A stretch of DNA of 63,112 nucleotides, the filler included. It is 5 parts of 5 records of this genome, joined end to end, with 100 filler letters (N's around TTAATTAATTAA, not from the genome) between each part and the next. Parts side by side here need not be neighbours in the genome. Positions count along the whole stretch, not along the records: positions 1 to 16,247 come from DRR723986_5277; positions 16,348 to 25,065 come from DRR723986_5281; 3 more parts are not named here. The stretch is one strand, 5' to 3'. The notes under the pieces are model-generated. The model did no database searches. It was not told the origin of the DNA and saw only the letters and a program-made list of their open reading frames with translations. Below, piece by piece: positions 10,833-20,077 of the stretch. Positions within the stretch are counted from its first letter, which is position 1; each line of letters starts with the position of its first letter. A program made the translations under genes and the position numbers.

Positions 10833-10868
10833 TGGGAAAGGGGAATGCTTGTGATGATTTAGTCGGGG

Positions 10869-12539
10869 CTATTCTGGCACATCAATATGCTCAGCATTCG
10901 CCGCCTCACGCAGTTTGCTGAGAGCCCGAGCCTCGATCTGACGAATCCGCTCCTTGGTCACGCCAAGTTCCGCACCGACCTCCTTCAGGGTCAATGGTTC
11001 CTTGTCGTGATTGAGTCCAAAGCGATGAATGATGATCTGTTGCTCGCGATAATCGAGCTGCGTCAGAATGCGATTGACCTGCTTCTCACGCTGCTTCTGC
11101 TCAATCTCGGCGGCAAAATGATCCACACGGGTGTCCTCGCGTCCCATGAAGACTTCTTCGCCGGAAGTGCGGAAGCGATCGCGGTGCTTGTACTCGGTCG
11201 GGATGGACCGAGCAAAGTTCTTCATGATTGCCCAGGATGCATAAGTGCTGAACTTGTTGCCCCGTGAGTAATCGAATTTCTCGACCGCTCGGAATAGCGA
11301 CATGTTGCCATCACTGACCAAACCAAAGAAGTCCTCGTTGCTGCTGGTGTGTCGTTTTGCAATCGATACAACCAATCGCAAATTCGCCTGAACGATTTGG
11401 TTCTTGACCGCTACAGCCTCGCCGTACAACTGATCAATCTCATCCATCAGTGATGGCTTAGGATCAGACATATCAAGTTTGTCACGGAGCTTGCCTGCTC
11501 GATACTTCAGGAAGTTCATCTTTCGGAAAAGATGATACTCTTGCTCACGCGTCAGCAATCCAACGTCATAAAGTGATGCCAAGTAACTCGGCAAACCACT
11601 GGGAGCGCGGACCTTCCGAGGTGGAATGATCGCCTCGGGCATTTCCCCCAAAATCTCTGCTTGCAGAGACTTCGATGGTCGCTCGAAACTCTCGTTCATG
11701 ACGCAATCAAGTGGCAGCTCTGCGATCAAAGCAGCGCGACTCTCGTTGATTACTTTGACAATCGTACTTCGAGCACGTGAATACTGACGGGATAGTTGCC
11801 CAACCTCTTGGCCGCGTACAAACCCGCGGTAGATTGCCTCTTTCTCGTCGATCGTCAGATGCTTTCGAGCAACTGGAAAAACCGCCTGCTCGGGGTGCTT
11901 ACGATCAAAGTTCTTGATCGTATAACGAATTGTCTCTGCCGAGCGGTCGACCGTTTCGGCAACACGTCGAGCAACTTCGGAAAGGCTAGCGCCGCTCTTG
12001 GCAATCGAGCGTGCACGTTCGATGATCTCAGCTCGCTCGTCTTTGGTGAGCTGGCTGAACACCTTGCCGCGTCGGACACGCCGCTTGTTCTTGGCGACAA
12101 ATCGCTCAACGCTTGAGTGCAGGAATCCAACTCGCTTGCGGCCTTCGGTCACGAAGCGGCGGCTAACCAAGCCCTGATCACGCCATCGCGAAATCGTCTT
12201 GGTCGAGACGTTGAACATTTTGCTCAGGTCGTCAACAGTATGAACCGGCTCAGGAGCTTCCTCGATCGGAAGGTCAAGCGAATCAGTAACGTCTTCGACG
12301 AATAGACGCAGATCATGCGCAGCGTCCTCGCCACGGACCATCTTTCGCGAATTCGCCTCAGGCCGAAACTCGGTGATTCGGTAATAGATGAACTCGAATG
12401 GGTAATCACGCTGGAAATCGATCTCACCGAGCAGCTTCTCAGCACGCTCAGCTTGTTCCAGTCGTTTCGTTTTTGGCGTGAACTTTACTTGATGTTCGCA
12501 AAGCTCTCGAATCAAACCGATGCGGTAATCTTGATGCAT
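10869..12539 (-). CDS. sigma-70 family RNA polymerase sigma factor with long N-terminal multi-HTH extension
   Basis: Region 1.2 LLTREQEYHL, region 2 NLRLVVSIAKRH...VEKFDYSRGNKFSTYASWAI, region 4 LTLKEVGAELGVTKERIRQIEARAL. Confidence 0.92.
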   Translation of the reverse strand: MHQDYRIGLIRELCEHQVKFTPKTKRLEQAERAEKLLGEIDFQRDYPFEFIYYRITEFRPEANSRKMVRGEDAAHDLRLFVEDVTDSLDLPIEEAPEPVHTVDDLSKMFNVSTKTISRWRDQGLVSRRFVTEGRKRVGFLHSSVERFVAKNKRRVRRGKVFSQLTKDERAEIIERARSIAKSGASLSEVARRVAETVDRSAETIRYTIKNFDRKHPEQAVFPVARKHLTIDEKEAIYRGFVRGQEVGQLSRQYSRARSTIVKVINESRAALIAELPLDCVMNESFERPSKSLQAEILGEMPEAIIPPRKVRAPSGLPSYLASLYDVGLLTREQEYHLFRKMNFLKYRAGKLRDKLDMSDPKPSLMDEIDQLYGEAVAVKNQIVQANLRLVVSIAKRHTSSNEDFFGLVSDGNMSLFRAVEKFDYSRGNKFSTYASWAIMKNFARSIPTEYKHRDRFRTSGEEVFMGREDTRVDHFAAEIEQKQREKQVNRILTQLDYREQQIIIHRFGLNHDKEPLTLKEVGAELGVTKERIRQIEARALSKLREAANAEHIDVPE

Positions 12540-13312
12540 CGTAACCACCTTTCCCTGCTAGCGAGAGAGCGTCACTCAAATCCTTGCGGCTTCCGACCGC
12601 CGACACTCTAGCGCGGGCTGGGCATAAACCTCGTCCTGAGGTCCAGCATAAAACAGCAGAAGATAGTGCGCTGTTAGGCCAGCAAACCCGCACCACCAGT
12701 CTAGCAACTTCCCCCGCATTCAATACGGAGGGTTAACCAAACATGGTTCGTTTCGCATTTCACGAATCTTGGCAAGTTTCCTTTCTGGCTCCCCAACATT
12801 AGATGCCGTGGGTAGGTCCAGCCTTACGCCAAGAATTACGTTGCCAGCGAGTTTGCTGAGTCGTCCATCTTTGCTGCAGGGTACTAGATGCAAATCAAGG
12901 GCCCAATGTTCGAACAAAGCCGGCGATTCCACGAAATAACGCATAAGTGACTATTTTCAAAGGCTTTATGGCCGACCGCTTTTCCGCCGCTGGTTCCCCC
13001 CTGACTGGTGACAGTTTGTAAAAGCTGCCGTTGCGAATGCAAAAGTGACAGCTCGATCTCACAATGAGACGCGATGCTAGCGGCCCTCCCAACGTGCAGT
13101 TCCCCCAGTTTGTCAGCCAGCCCGAACGAGCTGCAAATCGGTTTAGAAATGCATAACTGACGAAACAGAAAGACTTTGCGGGCTGGCGGCCGCCGGAAAA
13201 CCGTGGTTTGACATCCCACCAACAGACTTGCCCCGTCCCCCGTACCGAATCATTCCGACTCGGTTAAAATCATAGCCCCTCATGTTCGCACTCCGCTGTT
13301 CTAAGTCCCGCC

Positions 13313-15058
13313 ATGACTCGCCGCACACTTTACGCTGCCATTCTGCTCGCATTCGCGGGCGTTCTATCCATTCATGAAACGCTGCCCGCACAAACCGAGG
13401 ATTACGGTACACCGCCCGAAGCGGTACGCCGCGACGGAGTCCCCGAAGGGAAGATCGAAGGGCCATTCGATTTCACCAGCACCATTTTCCATGGCACCAA
13501 ACGGCAGTACTGGGTTTACGTCCCAGCGCAATATGATGCATCGACACCAGCCTGCACGATGGTGGTGCAGGACGGCTTGAACAGAGCCCGAGGATGGCGT
13601 CTGCCCACGATATGCGACAATTTGATTCACGACGGAGACATGCCTGTCACCATTGGCGTCTTCGTCACACCAGGTGTGGTGGCAACTGGCCGGGAGCTGA
13701 GTCAGCCAAGGTTCAATCGCAGCTTTGAATACGACTCGCTTGGCGATCGCTACGCTAGATTCCTGCTTGAAGAACTACTGCCTGAAGTAGCCAAGACATA
13801 CAACCTCAGCAGCAAGCCGAGTGACCGATTGCTGGCCGGAGCAAGCTCGGGTGGCATCTGTGCGTTCAACGCAGCCTGGGAAAGACCGCAGGCATTCCGC
13901 CGCGTCATTTGTACGATCGGTACATTTGTCGGCTTGCGGGGAGGCGATCAACTGGCGACTTCAGTTCGAAAGCATGAACCAAAGCCGTTGCGGATCTTTC
14001 TACAAGACGGATCTAACGACCTAAACATCTACGCCGGAGACTGGTGGGCCGCCAATCAACAGATGCTCTCTTCACTCACCTGGGCTGGCTACGACGTTAA
14101 GCATGTTTGGGGCGAGGGTGGACACAATGGCAAGCACGGTGCGGCGATCATGCCCGAAGCTCTGCGCTGGATCTGGCGCGACTACCCAGAACCCATCGTG
14201 CATGATCCAGAGCGTGCACAGAAGCGAAGGATGGATCTGCTCACCGGTGCAGGTGACTGGGAACAAGTGAGCATTGGTCACGACTCGGCCGCAAGCATCT
14301 GCGCCAACCCAAAAGGGGAGGTCTTCTTCTCGGATCCCAAAGCGGGACGCATCTATCGAATTGGCGACGACGGCAAAACGCGGATCTTTGTCGATTCCGC
14401 GGGAAGTGTATCAACCATGGCATTTGGGCCCGACGACGTTCTATACGCCGGTCGAGGTTCAGAGATCGTAAAATTTGATCCCAGTGGGAAAGAGCTACCA
14501 TTCCTAAACGCCACATCATGCAGTTACTTGGTTGCCCTTCCAGATGCGGTGTACTGGATCGATGGTGAGCACGCAGCCATTTGGCACGCTAATTACAGCG
14601 GCACCAAACAAAAGGCTACGTCGCTATCCCATCCCGCTTCCGCAATGGCCGTCACTACCGACCATGCATTTGCCCATTTGATTTACAAAGATCGGCAGTA
14701 CACGCTACACGGACTGCTCAATGAAGCAGGAACGATCGAACACAAGCAACGATACGGTTTCTTACACATGCCGTACCTGGAATCAAGCAGCGGTGCTCGT
14801 GCAATTGCTGTCGACAAATTGAGTCACAGTTTTGTTGCAACGACGACTGGAATCCAGGTCCTGGACCAACTTGGCCGCGTCCACGTCATCCTGACTTCCC
14901 CAACGGACGATGCCGTAACAAGCCTAGCTTTTGCCGGTCGTCAGCGGAGCTTCCTGTATGCAACGACTGCTGCAGGGGAAGTTCACCGGCGTCTCCTCAA
15001 CACGCAAGGTGTAAACACGGCCGCGGCACCGGTGCAACCACCGAAACCAAACCTCTAG
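13313..15058 (+). CDS. secreted esterase (Fes/IroE-like alpha/beta hydrolase) fused to an SMP-30/gluconolactonase beta-propeller
   Basis: Signal peptide; YWVYVPAQY, NRSFEYD, GASSGG nucleophile, GEGGH; C-terminal propeller repeats (FFSDP, GIQVLDQLGRV). Confidence 0.85.
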   Translation: MTRRTLYAAILLAFAGVLSIHETLPAQTEDYGTPPEAVRRDGVPEGKIEGPFDFTSTIFHGTKRQYWVYVPAQYDASTPACTMVVQDGLNRARGWRLPTICDNLIHDGDMPVTIGVFVTPGVVATGRELSQPRFNRSFEYDSLGDRYARFLLEELLPEVAKTYNLSSKPSDRLLAGASSGGICAFNAAWERPQAFRRVICTIGTFVGLRGGDQLATSVRKHEPKPLRIFLQDGSNDLNIYAGDWWAANQQMLSSLTWAGYDVKHVWGEGGHNGKHGAAIMPEALRWIWRDYPEPIVHDPERAQKRRMDLLTGAGDWEQVSIGHDSAASICANPKGEVFFSDPKAGRIYRIGDDGKTRIFVDSAGSVSTMAFGPDDVLYAGRGSEIVKFDPSGKELPFLNATSCSYLVALPDAVYWIDGEHAAIWHANYSGTKQKATSLSHPASAMAVTTDHAFAHLIYKDRQYTLHGLLNEAGTIEHKQRYGFLHMPYLESSSGARAIAVDKLSHSFVATTTGIQVLDQLGRVHVILTSPTDDAVTSLAFAGRQRSFLYATTAAGEVHRRLLNTQGVNTAAAPVQPPKPNL

Positions 15059-15113
15059 CCCGAGCAAGACCTGAAGTCCGCGACACTCTTTCACCAAATC
15101 ACCGACCGCGACT

Positions 15114-16166
15114 ATGCTCCCAGATCATGTTCAGCAACTTTGTGACGAACTGAGTCAGGCTTCGACTGAGCTGCAAAATTTGAACGAATGGCCAGCAAAG
15201 CAAATCCAGCTTTGCCGAGAGGGCGGGGTCTTCAAGTGGTTTGTGCCCGAAGAGTACGGCGGTCTCGGGTGGGCGGACGACAAGCTGCTTGAAGGCTACC
15301 TAGCGCTCAGTCGCAGTTGCTTGACAACGACGTTCATACTTACGCAGTGGGTGGCCGCGTGCAAACGCATCGTTGGCAGCGAAAACGCACCGCTCAAGGA
15401 ACGCCTGCTGCCTCGACTTGCTGATGGGAGCATTTTTGCAACAGTCGGAATTAGCCACCTGACAACCAGTCGGCAGCATGTTGCACCTGTGCTAGCTGCT
15501 GAGCCTTCCGCCGACGGTTTTCGACTCAGCGGATTTTCACCTTGGGTCACCGCCGCGCCTGCCGCTGACATCATTGTCTTAGGAGCAACTCTCGGCGATG
15601 GACGGCAGATCATTGCCGCTGTCGAAACGGATGATCCTGCAGTCGATGCTTCCCCAGGTGAATTGCTCGTTGCGCTCACTGCCTCGTGTACTGGACGAGT
15701 TGATTTGGGCGGGAAAAACGTCGCTGCATCAGACGTTCTGGCTGGCCCAATCGAAAACGTGATGAGCACCAATTCTGGTGGAGGTGCCGGCGGTCTGCAA
15801 ACTTCAACTCTGGCGGTTGGGCTCTCCGGTGCCGCTGCTAGTTTCTTGGCCGAGCAAGCTGAGAAACGGCCTGACCTGAAGCAGATTGCGCAAAAAGTGA
15901 ACGCTGACGTAGTCGAACTGGAGAACTATCTGTTTCAACTGACTCGCCGCCAGGAATGCCTCGTTGATGCCCCTGAGCTGCGTCGACAAGCCAATTCGTT
16001 GGTCCTGCGCAGCACTCAAGCGGCCCTGTCGGCTGCAAAGGGGGCTGGGTTTCTTGCAAGGCATCCGGTTGGACGGTGGGCGACCGAGGCCCTATTTTTC
16101 TTGGTGTGGAGTTGCCCGCAGGGAGTTGTAGACGCAAACCTCTGTGAGCTGGCAAGAGTGGAATAG
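15114..16166 (+). CDS. acyl-CoA dehydrogenase-like flavoprotein
   Basis: VPEEYGGLG, LLPRLADG..ATVGIS, LSGFSPWVT, KGAGFL..HPVGRWATEALF. Confidence 0.8.
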   Translation: MLPDHVQQLCDELSQASTELQNLNEWPAKQIQLCREGGVFKWFVPEEYGGLGWADDKLLEGYLALSRSCLTTTFILTQWVAACKRIVGSENAPLKERLLPRLADGSIFATVGISHLTTSRQHVAPVLAAEPSADGFRLSGFSPWVTAAPAADIIVLGATLGDGRQIIAAVETDDPAVDASPGELLVALTASCTGRVDLGGKNVAASDVLAGPIENVMSTNSGGGAGGLQTSTLAVGLSGAAASFLAEQAEKRPDLKQIAQKVNADVVELENYLFQLTRRQECLVDAPELRRQANSLVLRSTQAALSAAKGAGFLARHPVGRWATEALFFLVWSCPQGVVDANLCELARVE

Positions 16167-16247
16167 CGACTCCCCAACAATCTCTGAAGCCCAGCATCCG
16201 CAGGCCCATCGCCGCACCGCACCACCAAGAGCCAACCTCCAGCATGG

Positions 16248-16347
16248 NNNNNNNNNNNNNNNNNNNNNNNNNNNNNNNNNNNNNNNNNNNNTTAATTAAT
16301 TAANNNNNNNNNNNNNNNNNNNNNNNNNNNNNNNNNNNNNNNNNNNN
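16248..16347. other. artificial contig spacer
   Basis: N44-TTAATTAATTAA-N44. Confidence 0.98.
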
Positions 16348-16479
16348 GGCTTGATCCTGCCAATGTTCAACGACTTCGTTGCGGGCGTGTCCAACAACGT
16401 CGGCGGTTACGTGAATGATCCAAACGGCCCTGTGATGAACAACAAGTCTCACATTGCCTGCTGGCTGAAAGACGCGTGA
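16348..16479 (+). CDS. C-terminal fragment of ABC transporter substrate-binding protein (DppA-like)
   Basis: GLILPMFNDFVAGVSNNVGGY...CWLKDA* immediately upstream of the permeases. Confidence 0.7.
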   Translation, partial: GLILPMFNDFVAGVSNNVGGYVNDPNGPVMNNKSHIACWLKDA

Positions 16480-16495
16480 TCCGGGCCATTAGCAA

Positions 16496-17452
16496 ATGCA
16501 CCCGATTTTAAAACTCATTGTCCAGCGCGTTGCGCTGGGCATTATGCTGCTGTTTGCAGCGTCCATTTTGATTTTTGGCGGCACCATGATGCTGCCCGGC
16601 GACGTGGCCCAGCAAATCCTTGGCCAGTCTGCGACCCCAGAAAACCTTGCCAACCTTCGGGAAAGCCTTGGCTTGGACGAACCCCCAGTATCGCGTTATT
16701 TCCAGTGGCTCGGCGGTATCCTGCAAGGCGATCTGGGCACCGCGCTGACCAATGGCCGCGATATTGCCGAAAGCCTTGGCGGACGTCTCAAGAACACGTT
16801 GTTCCTCGCTTTCTGGGCCGCTGCGATCTCGGTTCCACTCGCTATTTTTCTGGGCCTTCTGGCCGTACGTTACAAAGACCGGATCCCCGACAAGGTGATC
16901 TCGGCGGTCACACTGACCACCATTTCGATCCCCGAATTTATGATCGGCTATGTACTGATTTACTGGATTTCCATCCGCCTTGGCTGGTTCTCCTCCGTTG
17001 CGATCATCAATGACAGCATGTCGCTTGGCGCGAAGCTCAACGCCATTGCGATCCCCGTTATGGTTCTGACCCTTGTGGTGCTGGCCCATATGATGCGGAT
17101 GACCCGTGCCGCGATCCTGAATGTAATGCAATCGGCCTATATCGAAACGGCTGAACTCAAAGGTATGGGCATGCTGCGCATCATTGCCAAACACGCCTTT
17201 CCCAACGCCATCGCCCCCATCGTCAACGTCGTGATGATCAACCTTGCCTATCTGGTGGTTGGTGTGGTCGTGGTCGAAGTGGTCTTTGCCTATCCCGGCA
17301 TGGGGCAATATCTGGTGGATCACGTTGCCAAACGCGATGTGCCTGTGGTGCAGGCCTGCGGCCTGATCTTTGCCGCCGTTTACATCGGGTTGAACCTGAT
17401 TGCCGACATCGTCTCAATCCTCGCGAACCCAAGGTTGAGGCATCCAAAATGA
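16496..17452 (+). CDS. peptide/nickel ABC transporter permease (DppB-like)
   Basis: LPGDVA..ILG, LGLDEP, EAA loop YIETAELKG, HAFPNA, ANPRLR. Confidence 0.93.
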   Translation: MHPILKLIVQRVALGIMLLFAASILIFGGTMMLPGDVAQQILGQSATPENLANLRESLGLDEPPVSRYFQWLGGILQGDLGTALTNGRDIAESLGGRLKNTLFLAFWAAAISVPLAIFLGLLAVRYKDRIPDKVISAVTLTTISIPEFMIGYVLIYWISIRLGWFSSVAIINDSMSLGAKLNAIAIPVMVLTLVVLAHMMRMTRAAILNVMQSAYIETAELKGMGMLRIIAKHAFPNAIAPIVNVVMINLAYLVVGVVVVEVVFAYPGMGQYLVDHVAKRDVPVVQACGLIFAAVYIGLNLIADIVSILANPRLRHPK

Positions 17453-18264
17453 AGAACATACCTCTTTCCGCCCTCATCGGCCTGTTCTTCACTGGCCTCT
17501 TTTTCCTGATGGCACTCTTTGCGCCCTTTATCGCGCCCTATGGCATGGCCGAAGTCGTCGGCGATGTCTGGGAACCCTCTTCGTCCGAATTCCTGCTGGG
17601 CACCGACAGCATTGGCCGCGACCTGCTGACGCGTCTGATCTACGGCGGACGCACAACGATCTTTATCGCGACCATGGCCACGATCCTGAGCTTCACACTT
17701 GGCTCTGTGCTTGGCTTTTTCGCTGCGGTGTCGGGTGGTTGGGTTGATCAGGCCATCAGCCGCTTTGTCGATCTTATCATGTCGATCCCGTCGCTGATCT
17801 TTGCGCTTGTGGTTCTGTCGGTCATGCCGACAACCACATTCATCCTGATCCTTCTGATGGGCCTTCTGGACAGCACACGCGTGTTCCGGCTGGCCCGTGC
17901 TGTCGCGGTCGACATCACGGTCATGGATTACGTCGAAGCGGCCCGCTTGCGGGGCGAAAAAATCGGCTGGATCATCTTCCGTGAGACCCTGCCGAATGCG
18001 CTCTCCCCCCTCGTGGCCGAGATGGGTCTGCGCTTTATCTTCGCGGTACTCTTCATCTCCACACTGTCTTTCCTTGGCCTTGGCGTACAGCCACCGCTGG
18101 CCGATTGGGGCGGGATCGTGAAAGAGAACAAGGAAGGCATCAACTACGGCATTCAGGCGGCGCTTTATCCAGCTTATGCCATCGCCATTCTATGTATCTC
18201 GATCAACCTTGTTGCGGACTGGATCCTGAACCGCACCACATCGCTGAAAGGGGGCCGGGGATGA
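17449..18264 (+). CDS. peptide/nickel ABC transporter permease (DppC-like)
   Basis: LLGTDSIGRDLLTRLIYG, YVEAARLRGE, LSFLGLGVQPP..DWG. Confidence 0.93.
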   Translation: MKNIPLSALIGLFFTGLFFLMALFAPFIAPYGMAEVVGDVWEPSSSEFLLGTDSIGRDLLTRLIYGGRTTIFIATMATILSFTLGSVLGFFAAVSGGWVDQAISRFVDLIMSIPSLIFALVVLSVMPTTTFILILLMGLLDSTRVFRLARAVAVDITVMDYVEAARLRGEKIGWIIFRETLPNALSPLVAEMGLRFIFAVLFISTLSFLGLGVQPPLADWGGIVKENKEGINYGIQAALYPAYAIAILCISINLVADWILNRTTSLKGGRG

Positions 18265-19898
18265 CCGAACCACTGCTTAAGGTACGCGGCCTCAAAATTG
18301 GCGCGACGATCTATCCACCCGGCGAACGTCCGCGGGATATCGAAATTGTCCATGGTGTCGATTTCGATCTTGAGGCGGGCAAGGTGCTGGGCCTGATCGG
18401 CGAATCCGGCGCGGGTAAATCCACCATCGGCCTGGCCTCCATGGCCTATGGGCGGGGCGGTGTTGAGCTGACTGGCGGCGAGGTCTGGGTCAATGGCCGC
18501 GACATCCTGCAAACGGGCTTGCGCGATGTGCGCCGGCTGCGCGGGGCCGAGGTGACCTATGTGTCCCAATCGGCGGCGGCGTCGTTCAACCCCGCCAAAA
18601 AGATCATGGAACAAGTGACCGAAGCCGCGATCTTTCAAGGTAAGTTCACCCGCAAGGAGGCCGAGGAACGGGCGGTCAACCTGTTCACCAAACTTGGCCT
18701 GCCCGATCCCGAAAACATCGGCAACCGGTATCCGCATCAGGTTTCCGGCGGGCAGTTGCAGCGCTGCATGACAGCGCTCGCGCTTTGCCCAGAGCCGGAC
18801 ATGGTGGTCTTTGACGAACCCACCACTGCGCTGGACGTGACGACCCAGATTGACGTGCTGGCCGCGATCAAAGATGCGATCCGCGACACCGGTGTGGCCG
18901 CGCTTTATATCACCCACGATCTGGCCGTTGTGGCGCAGGTCAGCGATCACATCATGGTGCTGCAACAGGGCGAGATGGTCGAATACGGCACCACCGACCA
19001 GATCATCAACGCCCCGCGCGAAGACTACACCAAGGCGCTGGTTTCTGTCCGGTCGATCAACCACGAAGAAAAAGTGCCCACCGACACGCCGCTGTTGCGG
19101 GTTGAGAACGTCACGGCCCGCTATAAGGGCACCAACTTTGACGTGCTCAAGGGCATAAATGTGGAACTGCATCCGGGCCAAACGCTGGCCGTTGTCGGGG
19201 AAAGCGGATCTGGCAAATCCACCCTTGCGCGGGTCATCACCGGGCTTTTGCCAGCCTCGGACGGGCAGATCGTCTTTGACGATCACACGCTCACCCCCGA
19301 TCTGGCCACACGCCCGCTGGAGGATCTGCGCGAATTGCAGATGATCTACCAGATGGCGGACACCGCGATGAACCCGCGCCAGACCGTAGGCACGATCATC
19401 GGCCGCCCGCTTGAGTTCTATTTTGGCCTCAAGGGCAAGGAAAAGCAGACCCGCATTCAGGAACTTCTGGATGAGATCGAACTGGGCGAAGGGTTTCAGG
19501 ACCGTTATCCGGCGGAACTGTCTGGCGGCCAGAAACAACGTGTCTGCATCGCCCGGGCGCTGGCGGCGAAACCCAAGCTGATCATCTGCGACGAGGTCAC
19601 ATCGGCCCTTGATCCGCTGGTGGCGGACGGTATCCTCAAACTGCTGCTCAAGCTGCAAAAAATCGAGGATGTATCTTACCTGTTCATCACCCACGATCTG
19701 GCCACGGTCAAAGCGATTGCCGACAGTATTGCAGTGATGTTCCAGGGCGAAGTCGTGCGCTATGGCCCCAAATCGCAGGTGCTGGCCCCGCCCTTTGACG
19801 ACTACACCGATCTGCTGCTCAGCTCCGTTCCAGAGATGAAACTTGGCTGGCTCGAAGACGTTCTGGCCCATCGCAAGATGGAAAGCGCCGGGAACTGA
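18261..19898 (+). CDS. ABC transporter ATP-binding protein, fused DppD/F (two NBDs)
   Basis: Two Walker A motifs (GESGAGKST, GESGSGKST) and signature motifs VSGGQ/LSGGQ; ATG 18261 overlaps the dppC stop. Confidence 0.95.
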   Translation: MTEPLLKVRGLKIGATIYPPGERPRDIEIVHGVDFDLEAGKVLGLIGESGAGKSTIGLASMAYGRGGVELTGGEVWVNGRDILQTGLRDVRRLRGAEVTYVSQSAAASFNPAKKIMEQVTEAAIFQGKFTRKEAEERAVNLFTKLGLPDPENIGNRYPHQVSGGQLQRCMTALALCPEPDMVVFDEPTTALDVTTQIDVLAAIKDAIRDTGVAALYITHDLAVVAQVSDHIMVLQQGEMVEYGTTDQIINAPREDYTKALVSVRSINHEEKVPTDTPLLRVENVTARYKGTNFDVLKGINVELHPGQTLAVVGESGSGKSTLARVITGLLPASDGQIVFDDHTLTPDLATRPLEDLRELQMIYQMADTAMNPRQTVGTIIGRPLEFYFGLKGKEKQTRIQELLDEIELGEGFQDRYPAELSGGQKQRVCIARALAAKPKLIICDEVTSALDPLVADGILKLLLKLQKIEDVSYLFITHDLATVKAIADSIAVMFQGEVVRYGPKSQVLAPPFDDYTDLLLSSVPEMKLGWLEDVLAHRKMESAGN

Positions 19899-19914
19899 TT
19901 TGGGTTAACAAAAG

Positions 19915-19946
19915 AAAATGCCAGGCGGACTTGCCTGGCATTTTTT
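19915..19946 (+). terminator. intrinsic terminator of the ABC operon
   Basis: aaaatgccaggc-ggactt-gcctggcatttttt. Confidence 0.85.
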
Positions 19947-20077
19947 GCTATGTGGCTGCTTTGCTGATACCCGCAATAAGCACACTCTCAACCAACTCAC
20001 AATCAAAGATTGAACTTGCGACCAATGCACAGGGGGGTTAACAGGTTACTGTACACCCCTCAACGACGGGCAATTTC

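Noticed and set aside
12720-13222. Short ORFs upstream of the sigma factor
   Set aside because: Mutually overlapping, no RBS or motifs; treated as non-coding.
18174-19871. 565-aa minus-strand ORF, and similar 16508-17323
   Set aside because: Antisense shadows of well-supported ABC transporter genes, with no motifs.
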